From: Polyangiales bacterium
GTDB lineage: Bacteria; Myxococcota_A; Polyangia; Polyangiales; Ga0077539
Reading direction: 5' to 3'
DNA length: 64,000 nucleotides
NCBI GenBank assembly: GCA_046351555.1
Contig: JAXLYI010000013.1
Coordinates: forward strand, 22,845-86,844
A model generated the notes under the pieces. That model ran no database searches, was not told the origin of the DNA, and saw only the letters and a list, made by a program, of their open reading frames with translations. The position numbers and the translations under genes were made by a program. Shown here in pieces: positions 29,156 through 38,862 of this stretch (the stretch's first letter is position 1; the number at the start of each line of letters is the position of its first letter).

Positions 29156-30702
29156 GAGCGGACGGTGAAGCTGACGAGCGGGCGCGCGCCGGGCTGACCC
29201 GCGGGCGGCGGCGCGGGCGGCGGGGTCACCGCGCTCTGCGGCGTGCCCGCGGGCCGCTGCGCACCGAACTGAACGAGCGGCGGCGCGCCCGGCGCGGGGT
29301 ACGTCCCCGCGGGCTGCGGGTAGCCGTAGGGTTGCGGCTGGGGCTGCGGCTGCGGGTAGCCGTAGGGCGTCGGCTGGGGGTAGCCGTAAGGGGCGGCCTG
29401 CGGCTGCGGGTAGCCGTAGGGCGCCGGCTGGGCCTGGGGCTGCGGGTAGCCGAAGCCGGGCTGCGCGGGCGCGGCAGGCGGAGCGCCCGGGTGCGCGCCG
29501 AAGGTGACGAGCGGCGCACCAGGCTGAGGCGCACCGTAGGGCGCAGGCTGCGGCGCGGGCCCCCAGCCCTGCGCGGTGGAGGGCGCGCCGAGCGTGCCCG
29601 CGGGGCCGGGCATCGGCGCACCGAGCATCCCGGGCTGGCCGTTGGCAGGCGCGCCAAGCGTGCCGGGCTGACCCGCCATGGGCGCGCCGAGCGTGCCGGG
29701 CTGACCCGCCGTGGGCGCGCCGAGCGTGCCGGGCTGACCCGCCGTGGGCGCGCCGAGGCCCGGCGTCGGGGCGCCGAGCGTACCGGGACCGCCGGGCGCG
29801 GTCGCGCCCCACGAAGGCGCGGCCGCGGGCGCCGCGGGCGTGGGCTGGAGGGGCATCGGCGCGGGCGCGGGCGTCGGCGCGGCGACAGGCGTCGGCGCAG
29901 GGGGCGCAGGGGGCGGAGCCGGCGCGCCGGGGTCGCCGGTGAGGATCGTCCAGAGCGGCGCCTCGCCCGGGTCAGCGGGCGTCGTGGGGACGGGCGGCAC
30001 GTCGGCGACGGGGACGGTGTTGACGGGCGCGGCCGCCGTCGCGCCGCGGCGGTTGCGGTTGCGGCGGCCGCGCGCGGTGGTGGGCTCGGCGCCGAACATC
30101 GGGACGGCCGCGGGCGTGGGCTGCCCGAGTCCGACCACCGCGGGGCCCGGCGGCGGCGCGGCGGGGACGGGCGCCGCGGGCACCGCCCCCTGCGCGGGGG
30201 CCTCGACCGGCGCACCACCCGTGCGGTTGCCCGACGTGCGCTGCGTCGCGGTGCCGGTGACGGAGAGGAAGCCGGTGCTGGTCGCCACGTCCCACGAGAG
30301 CGAGAGGCTCAGGCGGTTGCCGCTGATCGTGCCCGAGCCGTTGCGGAGCGTGAGGTGCATCCGCAGCTCGCGCACCGAGTCGGTCATGGTGCACTCCTGG
30401 CCGGGCAGGAAGGTGACGGCGTTGGCGCCCGAGAGGTTGCCCTCGAGCACGCAGCGGTCGCCGCGCGAGTTGCTGACGTGGAAGGCGAGGTCGGCGCGGC
30501 TGCCGGGCCGGGCTTCAGCGCGCTCGTGGGTGGTGCGCGACTCGGTGGTCGAGATCGGCGACGTGACGTTGACCGTCGTGTTCGACGTGACCGAGTAGGT
30601 GCCGGCGAAGGCGCCGGGGCCACGCTGGGCCGCCGCGGGCGCCGCGAACAGCACCAGCGCGGCGAGGGCGGGGAGGGAGGAGGACAGCGCGCGGCGGCTC
30701 AT
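29149..30702 (-). CDS. Secreted protein with a beta-rich N-domain and Pro/Gly/Tyr-rich repeat tail
   Basis: Run-on ORF 29149-32892 trimmed to the ATG at 30702. Signal peptide: MSRRALSSSLPALAALVLFAAPAAAQ. The tail repeats are GAPTAGQPGTL (several copies) and PYGYPQPQ (several copies). Confidence 0.75.
   Translation of the reverse strand: MSRRALSSSLPALAALVLFAAPAAAQRGPGAFAGTYSVTSNTTVNVTSPISTTESRTTHERAEARPGSRADLAFHVSNSRGDRCVLEGNLSGANAVTFLPGQECTMTDSVRELRMHLTLRNGSGTISGNRLSLSLSWDVATSTGFLSVTGTATQRTSGNRTGGAPVEAPAQGAVPAAPVPAAPPPGPAVVGLGQPTPAAVPMFGAEPTTARGRRNRNRRGATAAAPVNTVPVADVPPVPTTPADPGEAPLWTILTGDPGAPAPPPAPPAPTPVAAPTPAPAPMPLQPTPAAPAAAPSWGATAPGGPGTLGAPTPGLGAPTAGQPGTLGAPTAGQPGTLGAPMAGQPGTLGAPANGQPGMLGAPMPGPAGTLGAPSTAQGWGPAPQPAPYGAPQPGAPLVTFGAHPGAPPAAPAQPGFGYPQPQAQPAPYGYPQPQAAPYGYPQPTPYGYPQPQPQPQPYGYPQPAGTYPAPGAPPLVQFGAQRPAGTPQSAVTPPPAPPPAGQPGARPLVSFTVRSY
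29582..29779 (-). repeat. 33-bp tandem repeat (about 6 copies) encoding an 11-aa GAP-x-GQPGTL unit
   Basis: The unit ggcgcgccgagcgtgccgggctgacccgccgtg starts at 29582, 29615, 29648, 29681, 29714 and 29747. The central three copies are nearly identical. Confidence 0.85.
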
Positions 30703-30876
30703 CTGGAGGATGGTGCTCCCGCGGCGGTACAGAATCAAACCCGGAGTGACACTTCCCATGACTCCTCGCTCCTTGCTGCAACGCGCCATGACCGGCAATG
30801 ATCCGTTGTACGTTCGCCCCCCCAGGGACGCTTCAACCCCCCGCGGCGGTCTGCGGATTGCACCCGTTGTCGCCGC

Positions 30877-32292
<1,416 letters not shown>

Positions 32293-32398
32293 CAGCCCGC
32301 CGCACGGGGCGGCGCGCGCGTGTCCACGGAGGCACTTCGCGCTCGACGCGCCCGCCGGTCGTTTCCTATCGTCCTCGGCCTCCGAGGGAACGACCGCC

Positions 32399-35300
32399 AT
32401 GCCCACCACGCTGCACCCCAACGCCGCGCTGAGCCTCGCCGCGCTCGCCGCGAAGTCCACCGCCACCGTCGACCTCCTCCTCACGCTCCGCGCCGAGAGC
32501 GGCAAGGGCCCCGGCCAGGGCGAGCGCCTCCCGCTGGTGGTGAGCGTCGTCCTCGACCGCTCGGGCTCCATGTCCGGCAAGCCCCTGCAGAAGGCCCTCG
32601 CCGCGACCGAGGTCCTCCTCGACGCGCTCGGCCCGCAGGACACCGTCTCGGTGGCGGCCTTCGACAACCGCGTGACCACGGTGATCGAGCCCGCGCTGCT
32701 CACCGACGTCGCTGCGGCGAAGAAGGCGCTCGCGAAGGTGCACGCCGGCGGCTCCACGGCCCTCCACGCGGGATGGGAGAAGGGCTGCAACCTCGCGCGC
32801 GTTCGTCCGAGCGAGCGCGTCATCCGTCGCGTGCTGCTGCTCACCGACGGCCAGGCCACCGACGGGATCACCGACCCGAAGGAGCTCGCCAATCAAGCCC
32901 GCGTGCGCGGCGAGGAGGGCATCGCCACCACCACCCTCGGCTTCGGCAGCGGCTTCAACGAAGACCTCCTCATCGGCATGGCGGAGGCCTCGGGCGGCAA
33001 CTTCTACTACATCGAGACGCCCGAGGAGGCCGTGCAGGTGTTCGCCATCGAGGGCGAGACGCTCACGTCCATCACGGCGGAGTCGGTCACCGTCACCGTC
33101 ACGCCGGCGATGAAGGGCGTCCGCGTGGTCGAGGCGCTCAACGGGCTGCGCTCGCGCGAGGTGGAGGGAGGCGGCCTGGAGGTGACGCTCGGCGACATCT
33201 ACCACGCGGAGGACAAGCTCCTCGCGGTGCGCCTGGAGGTGGAGGCCGGCGCGAAGCCCGCCGAGGGCGTCGAGCTGGTGAACGTCTCGTACGCCTTCAC
33301 CCCCGTGCCCGGCCCCGCCGACGCGCGGACCGAGGGGCGCCTCGCGGTGCGGGCCGCCGTCGGCAAGGCGCAGGTGCTCGCCGACCACGACACGCTCCGC
33401 ACGATCGCGCGGCTCCGCGTGGCGCGCGCCAAGGAGCGCGCGGTGGCCCTCTCCGACGAGGGCAAGCACGTCGAGGCCGCGGGCGTCTTTCGCGCGCTCG
33501 CGGGCGAGATGCGCGAGCGCGGTCTCGACGAGGAGTTCGACATGGCCGAGGAGGTGGCCCAGCTCGAGCACTTCGCCACCGGGCTCGACAAGGCGCCGCT
33601 CCGCAACGACGACCGCAAGATCCTCCGCGACCAGTCGTACCAGGGCCGCTCGCGCAACCGCTCCGACCTCACCGCGCGCGGCGGGGGCGGCGGGTCCGCG
33701 CAAAGCCTCCCCGTGACGGAGAGCGCGGGCTCGGGCGTCGAGCTGCTGTGCGTCCGTGAGGGCGGCAAGCTCGCGATGAAGATCGTCACGCCCGGCTACG
33801 AAGAAGACCTCAAGGTTCTCCTCCCGCGCGGCGTCCGCGAGGAGGGCGTTCGGTACGCGGTCGACAAGCTCGTCCCCTCGGCCAACGGGACCTTCTACCG
33901 CGTCGAGGGCGCGATCAAGCGGCTGAAGGGCGGCGTGAGCGCGGCGGTGCTCGCGGCGGCGGCACCGGGCGCGTCGCTCGCGGACCCGCTCAAGCTCGCC
34001 GAGCTCTTTTCGGGCGGCGGTGAGCCGTGGATGCCCGTGCTCAAGCCCGTGATCGAGGCGCAGCACGGCGCGCCGAACTTCATCGGGCCCGACCGCGACA
34101 AGGCCGTCGTGCCCGTGCGCGAGCTCACCTTCCAGGCGCTCAAGCCCAACCCCCCGCACCGCTGGCGCGTGGTGGTCTTCGGGCAGAACCCGTACCCCCG
34201 CGTCGAGTCGGCGACCGGGATCGCGATGTTCGACAACGCCTTCGGGAAGTGGGGCGATCCCCAGTTCGGCAAGGTGATCACCATCCGCTGCATCATCAAG
34301 GCGGCGACGATGTGGAAGTACAAGGTGCCCAAGGCCACCCCCATCGCCGACATGCGGAAGCTGCTCGCGGAGAAGAAGACGGTGCAGCCGCCGGAGTGGT
34401 TCCAGGCGATGCTGACGCAGGGGGTGCTGCTGCTCAACGCGGCCCTCACCGCGTCGAGCGACGGCGCGATGAGCACCGACCAGCACACGGGCTTCTGGCG
34501 GCCGGTGGTCGAGGCCCTCGTCGAGGAGATCCTCCGCGCCAAGCAGAACGCGGCCGAAGAAGACCGCGGGGTGGTGTTCGCGTGGTGGGGCGCGAGCGCG
34601 CGCAACCTCCGGTCGCTCGTCGAGCGGCTGCAGAAGAAGTACCCCGCAGTGAAGGTGAAGCACGTCGACCACTGCAACCCCGCGGCGCAGGGCGACATCT
34701 TCTGCGACGGCGACCACTTCGGCGCCGTCAACGCCGCGCTGAAGTCCGTGAAGGCCCCCGAGGTCGACTGGCTCCCGAGCGTCGGGTGGAACGCGAAGGT
34801 CGCGGGGGGCACGGCGTCCGCGGGCGCCGACGACAGCGAGCGCATGGGGGACTTCATCAACAAGACGATGGAGCTCCACAAGATGTACCTCGAGCGCCTC
34901 CAGGAGGTGCTCGAGGAGGCCAAGGAGATCCTCCCCGCGATCACGGGCGTGGGCGCGGCGCCGGCGCTTCCGTTCGCCGACGCGGTGCGGCCGCTGGCGG
35001 GCTCGGTGGCGGGCCTCGAGCACTACCTCGAGCGCTCGCGGAAGTACGCCGAGACGCAGCTCGCGCAGGGCGCGGCGAAGCTCTCCGCCGACGAGATCGC
35101 CGCGGTGTACCTCTACACCACCGAGTCGCCCTTCTACCGCAAGCTCAACGCCGCGCTCCGCCTGCCCGACCGCGCGCAGGCCGCGCCGTGGTTCTCGTAC
35201 CTGAAGCTCCTCCTGCGCGCGATCACGCAGCTCGAGGCGTACGACGGGAGCCTCTGGCGCGGCGTCGCGGCCGACCTCCGCAAGCAGTACCCCAAGGGCG

Positions 35301-35566
35301 AGACGATTACCTGGTGGGGCGTGTCGTCGTGCACGGCGAAGCGCTCGGTGGCGATGGGCTTCCTCGGGCTCAAGGGCAAGCGGACCCTCTTCGAGGTGAC
35401 CTCGCAGCGCGCGGTGAGCATCCGGCGCTACTCGGCGTTCACGGGCGAGGACGAGTACCTGCTCGCGCCGGGCACGCAGCTCGTCGTGGCCGACGTGAAG
35501 GCCGAGAAGGACGGGCTCGTCACCGTGAAGCTCAGCGAGAGCCCGGGGGCGCCGCTCGTGACGTGA
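32399..35566 (+). CDS. Multidomain protein: vWA domain - beta-rich/helical middle - family-1 UDG-like domain - R-S-E ADP-ribosyltransferase domain
   Basis: 1055-aa track ORF with very high GC3. The domain motifs are given in the three sub-features below. It has no signal peptide and no TM segment. Confidence 0.9.
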   Translation: MPTTLHPNAALSLAALAAKSTATVDLLLTLRAESGKGPGQGERLPLVVSVVLDRSGSMSGKPLQKALAATEVLLDALGPQDTVSVAAFDNRVTTVIEPALLTDVAAAKKALAKVHAGGSTALHAGWEKGCNLARVRPSERVIRRVLLLTDGQATDGITDPKELANQARVRGEEGIATTTLGFGSGFNEDLLIGMAEASGGNFYYIETPEEAVQVFAIEGETLTSITAESVTVTVTPAMKGVRVVEALNGLRSREVEGGGLEVTLGDIYHAEDKLLAVRLEVEAGAKPAEGVELVNVSYAFTPVPGPADARTEGRLAVRAAVGKAQVLADHDTLRTIARLRVARAKERAVALSDEGKHVEAAGVFRALAGEMRERGLDEEFDMAEEVAQLEHFATGLDKAPLRNDDRKILRDQSYQGRSRNRSDLTARGGGGGSAQSLPVTESAGSGVELLCVREGGKLAMKIVTPGYEEDLKVLLPRGVREEGVRYAVDKLVPSANGTFYRVEGAIKRLKGGVSAAVLAAAAPGASLADPLKLAELFSGGGEPWMPVLKPVIEAQHGAPNFIGPDRDKAVVPVRELTFQALKPNPPHRWRVVVFGQNPYPRVESATGIAMFDNAFGKWGDPQFGKVITIRCIIKAATMWKYKVPKATPIADMRKLLAEKKTVQPPEWFQAMLTQGVLLLNAALTASSDGAMSTDQHTGFWRPVVEALVEEILRAKQNAAEEDRGVVFAWWGASARNLRSLVERLQKKYPAVKVKHVDHCNPAAQGDIFCDGDHFGAVNAALKSVKAPEVDWLPSVGWNAKVAGGTASAGADDSERMGDFINKTMELHKMYLERLQEVLEEAKEILPAITGVGAAPALPFADAVRPLAGSVAGLEHYLERSRKYAETQLAQGAAKLSADEIAAVYLYTTESPFYRKLNAALRLPDRAQAAPWFSYLKLLLRAITQLEAYDGSLWRGVAADLRKQYPKGETITWWGVSSCTAKRSVAMGFLGLKGKRTLFEVTSQRAVSIRRYSAFTGEDEYLLAPGTQLVVADVKAEKDGLVTVKLSESPGAPLVT
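32528..33043 (+). other. vWA domain region of the 1055-aa protein
   Basis: MIDAS motif DRSGS at 32555-32569. Other vWA motifs: AAFDNRV, GGSTALHAG, LLLTDGQATDG, TTLGFGSGFNEDLL. Confidence 0.85.
34022..34772 (+). other. Uracil-DNA-glycosylase (family-1 UNG)-like domain region
   Basis: By-eye alignment to human and E. coli UNG. VVVFGQNPYP (34181-34198) aligns with VVILGQDPYH. TQGVLLLNAALT aligns with KQGVLLLNAVLT. VVFAWWGASA aligns with LVFLLWGSYA. HCNPAA (34670-34687) aligns with HPSPLS. DHFGAVNAAL...EVDW aligns with RHFSKTNELL...PIDW. Confidence 0.75.
35078..35545 (+). other. ADP-ribosyltransferase (R-S-E clade, exotoxin/ecto-ART-like) domain region
   Basis: The opening is LSADEIAAVYLYTTESPFYRKLNAALR. 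The Arg is in LWRGV (codon 35258-35260). The S-T-S equivalent is VSSCT (35321-35335). The ExE motif is GEDEYLL (Glu codons at 35447-35449 and 35453-35455). Confidence 0.75.
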
Positions 35567-35676
35567 CCACGCGCACCGTGCGCGTCGGTTGCGGAGTTTT
35601 CATTTTTCATTGACTCCCCCGGTCACTGCGAGACCATGCCCAACGATCGTCGATCGTTTTCAGGGGCGGGTGCGCA

Positions 35677-37248
35677 GTGGGCCGATTCGAACTCATCCTG
35701 TTGGCGAAGCCGCCGGCGCGTGGCGCGGGCGCGCCGGACGTAGAGCCCCCGCCGGGCGTGTACCGCGCGTCGTGGGCCTCCGCGCGCGGCGGGGCGTGCG
35801 AGCTGCCGCTCGTGCTGGGCGCGTTCGAAGAGCACGCCGAGGCGCGCGCGGCGCTCGACCGGCTCCACGACCTCGGCTGGGAGGTGTGCATCGTCGACCG
35901 GCGCGACACGATCCAGACATGGATCGACCGCGTCGGCGAGGCGCTGCCTCCCGCGCTCAAGAAGCGCCCCGCGCCGCCGGCGGACGCCGCGCCCGCCACC
36001 CCGCAGGCGGTCAAGTTACGCGCCCTCGACGATCGGTGGGGGGCGGAGCGGATCCGGCAACGCCTCCTGCAAGGGGCGGCGGTTCTGGTGGTGGCGGGGG
36101 GACTGGGGTTCGGGGTGGTGGCGACGATCCGGGCGCGCCGTGGGAGCGCCGCGCATGGCTCGCAGCCGACGGCGCTCCAGGCGCCCGCGGGCGGGCTCGG
36201 CGGCGCGCCCGTCGAGCAGGCGCTGGCGGGGCTCCTTGCTGGTGTGATCGGCGCCGCGCTCGCGCATGCAGCGGGGGTGCTCGTGGAGGGGCGCACGCGC
36301 GCGTGGCCCGCGTCCCGGCGACGTCGTCTGCGCCTCGGCGTGGCGGCGAGCGCGGGCGTGATCGCGCTGGGCGCGTCGGGCCCGGGGCTCCTTCGAAGCG
36401 CGCTCGGCCGCCCCGGGGCGAACACCACGTCGGCTTCAGCGCTCGCGTCCGGCGCGTCCACGGCGGGCCCCTCGGGCGCGGCGGGTGATGCGGGCGCACC
36501 GACCGCGTCCAACGGCGCGCCCGAGCACGTCGAAGGGCCCTTCGGGCAACTGATCCACGGGAGCGGGGCGTCGAGCGGGCGACCGTTCACGCAGCTCCTG
36601 TCGGGGTTTCGAAGCCGGCAGCAGAGTCAGTCGGGCGGCGCGGCCCCCGTTGCACCTGCGCCCACCGCGAACGCAGCCACCGCGCGCGAAGGCAACGCGG
36701 CGCCACCGTCCGAGCCGCGCGCCCGCGAGGCGTCACCGCAGGCGCGCGAACCGCACGGCGCCCACGGTTCGCAACGCCACGGGCAACGCCACGGGCACGG
36801 CCACCACCGCGCGCACGACGCGTCCTCTCAGGCGGCGAACGATGCGACGACGCGCGCGCCCGACGCGCGACCCGCGGAGCAGCGACCCGCGGAGCAGCGA
36901 CACGCGCCGACCGCATCACCGACGACCACCGCGGCGACGACGCCTGCTCGCGACGCAGGTGTGGCGCGCCCGAGCGCTCCCGCCACGCCGCCACCGATGC
37001 CGCAAGCCCCCGACACGACGTCTACCGCCGCGCAGGGAGCGCCGTCCGCGCCGTCCGCGTCGACCGAAGCGCAGCAGGCCGCGGGGGGAGGCGCGCCGGC
37101 TTCGAGCGCCGGGGCCGCGCCGCCCGTACCGCCGGGGGGTTCGCGCGGTTCGGGCAAGGACGCGTTGCGCTGGCTGCTCGGCGGGCTCGCGGTGGGGTTC
37201 TCGCTCTCGCCGCGCTGGCGGCGCATGGCCTCGGGAGGTGGGAAATGA
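35677..37248 (+). CDS. Membrane protein with a small N-terminal globular domain and a long low-complexity, His/Pro/Ala-rich region
   Basis: 523-aa ORF. TM-like segments: AAVLVVAGGLGFGVVATI, LAGLLAGVIGAALAHAAGVLV, LRLGVAASAGVIALGA, and a C-terminal LRWLLGGLAVGF. Its stop overlaps the next start (ATGA at 37245-37248). Confidence 0.6.
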   Translation: MGRFELILLAKPPARGAGAPDVEPPPGVYRASWASARGGACELPLVLGAFEEHAEARAALDRLHDLGWEVCIVDRRDTIQTWIDRVGEALPPALKKRPAPPADAAPATPQAVKLRALDDRWGAERIRQRLLQGAAVLVVAGGLGFGVVATIRARRGSAAHGSQPTALQAPAGGLGGAPVEQALAGLLAGVIGAALAHAAGVLVEGRTRAWPASRRRRLRLGVAASAGVIALGASGPGLLRSALGRPGANTTSASALASGASTAGPSGAAGDAGAPTASNGAPEHVEGPFGQLIHGSGASSGRPFTQLLSGFRSRQQSQSGGAAPVAPAPTANAATAREGNAAPPSEPRAREASPQAREPHGAHGSQRHGQRHGHGHHRAHDASSQAANDATTRAPDARPAEQRPAEQRHAPTASPTTTAATTPARDAGVARPSAPATPPPMPQAPDTTSTAAQGAPSAPSASTEAQQAAGGGAPASSAGAAPPVPPGGSRGSGKDALRWLLGGLAVGFSLSPRWRRMASGGGK

Positions 37249-37943
37249 AGATCGAATGGCGCGTCGCGCTCTGTTGCTGGCTCTGCGCCCTCGCGGCGCA
37301 CGCGCAGGACGCCGAGGAGCGCGCGGCGCTCGCGGCGCGGGGGCCCTCGCCCGAGGTGACGGCCGCGACGGTCGACCGCTTCGGCGAGTGCTACGCCGCC
37401 GAGGGTCACCCGCTCTCGGAGGTCGACCGGCTGCTGCTCCGCGAGGCGCTCTCGCCGCTCGCCCGCGTGGTCACGGCGTCGCTCGCGGAGGGGCAGTGCG
37501 CGGACGGCGGCGACGACGCGCGCTGCGCCGCGGCGGTGCGGAAGATCCCGTGCGGCACCTTCGCCAACCTCCTGCGGGCGCCCGACGCCGCGTCGGCGCC
37601 GGCGTGGGCGCAGGGCTACGCGCGCACGCTCACCGACCGGATCGCGCGCTGCTACGCCGCGGAAACCGGCGCCCCCCTGAGCGCGGAGGACGCCCGCGCC
37701 GTCGACGGGCTCCGCGGCGCCGTCGCGGGCTCCCTCGCCTCGCGCGCCGGCGACGAGGGCTGCGCGGTCGACGAGAACCAGCTCCCGGCCTGCGCGTTCA
37801 GCCTCCAGTCGGCGCCGTGCGACGCGCTCGCGCAGAAGCTCGGGGGCGACGCGGCCGGCGCGCCGGGGCGTCTCACCGAAGCGTGTGCGCGCGTGCTCCG
37901 CTGCGAGGCGGACGACGGCGACGCCGACGCGGCTGCGCCCTGA
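37245..37943 (+). CDS. Secreted Cys-rich hypothetical protein
   Basis: 232-aa ORF. Signal peptide: MKIEWRVALCCWLCALAAHAQD. About 14 cysteines are spread through the whole sequence. I recognise no family. Confidence 0.6.
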   Translation: MKIEWRVALCCWLCALAAHAQDAEERAALAARGPSPEVTAATVDRFGECYAAEGHPLSEVDRLLLREALSPLARVVTASLAEGQCADGGDDARCAAAVRKIPCGTFANLLRAPDAASAPAWAQGYARTLTDRIARCYAAETGAPLSAEDARAVDGLRGAVAGSLASRAGDEGCAVDENQLPACAFSLQSAPCDALAQKLGGDAAGAPGRLTEACARVLRCEADDGDADAAAP

Positions 37944-37992
37944 AGGCCCGCGGTGGACGGCGCGCGAGGGCCGTGTCATCCCACGCGCCGCC

Positions 37993-38826
37993 ATGGAAGA
38001 CCCCCTCCGCGACCGCATGAAGGCCCTGGAAGCCGTCGAGGCCGGGCGCCGCTTCGAACGCGGCGCGATCGTCGTCGCCCGCGTCGACGGCCGCTCCTTC
38101 AGCCAGTGGACGCGCGACCTCCCGCGCCCCTTCGACCCGCGCCTCTCGGCCCTCATGATCGACACGGCCCGCGCGCTCATGCACGAGACCGGCGCCCGCT
38201 TCGGCTACACCCAGTCCGACGAGATCACGCTCGTCCTCCACGCGGAGGGCGACGGCTCGATGCTGTGGTTCGACGGCCGCGTGCAGAAGACCGTCTCGCA
38301 GCTCGGCGCGCTGGCGACGGGCGTCTTCAACCTGCTCCTGCCCGACGCGCTGCCCGAGAAGGCCGCGCAGCGCACCCCGGCGCGCCTCCCGAGCTTCGAC
38401 GCGCGCGTGTGGACGGTGCCGTCGCGGGCGGAGGCGTGCGACGTGGTGCTGTGGCGCGCGCTCGACGCGACCCGCAACTCCGTCGCGATGGCCGCGCGGG
38501 CACGCTTCTCCCACCGCGAGACCGACCGCAAGGACACCGGCGCCCTCCGCGCGATGCTCGCCGCCGCGGGCGCGCCGTGGGAGGCGCTGCCCGAGGGGTT
38601 CCGCTACGGGACGATGCTGCGGCGGAGGCGCGTGGTGCGGCCCTTCCGCGCGGAGGAGATCGACGCGTTGCCGCCGCAGCACGCCGCGCGGCGCGACCCG
38701 ACGCTCGCGGTGGAGCGGGCCGAGGTGGTGGCCGACCCGCTGCCGCGCTTCGACCGCGTCGGCAACGCGGAGGCGGTGGTGTTCGAGGGGGCCGACCCGG
38801 TGCTCACGCCGCCCGCTGCCCCGTAG
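37993..38826 (+). CDS. Thg1-like protein (tRNA-His guanylyltransferase family, 3'-5' nucleotidyl transferase)
   Basis: Track ORF 37885-38826 trimmed to the ATG at 37993. VARVDGRSFSQWTRDLPRPFDPRL...GYTQSDEITLVL...FDGRVQKTVSQLGALATGVFN matches the Thg1/TLP core. Confidence 0.8.
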   Translation: MEDPLRDRMKALEAVEAGRRFERGAIVVARVDGRSFSQWTRDLPRPFDPRLSALMIDTARALMHETGARFGYTQSDEITLVLHAEGDGSMLWFDGRVQKTVSQLGALATGVFNLLLPDALPEKAAQRTPARLPSFDARVWTVPSRAEACDVVLWRALDATRNSVAMAARARFSHRETDRKDTGALRAMLAAAGAPWEALPEGFRYGTMLRRRRVVRPFRAEEIDALPPQHAARRDPTLAVERAEVVADPLPRFDRVGNAEAVVFEGADPVLTPPAAP

Positions 38827-38862
38827 CCACCTCCCCTCCCCCTGCGGCATCCTCTCGCCGCC

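Noticed and set aside
32293-32398. A sigma-54 promoter linking the NtrC-type activator to the vWA-UDG-ART gene.
   Set aside because: There is a GGCAC-like string (ggaggcacttcgcg), but no GC at the required -12 spacing. I could not support a -24/-12 element by eye.
34022-34772. Calling the UDG-like segment the housekeeping uracil-DNA glycosylase gene (ung).
   Set aside because: It is an internal domain of a 1055-aa fusion. It has Asp-to-Asn at the catalytic position and lacks the Leu finger, so it should not be annotated as ung. I also avoided calling it strictly inactive, because MUG and SMUG enzymes use Asn at this position.
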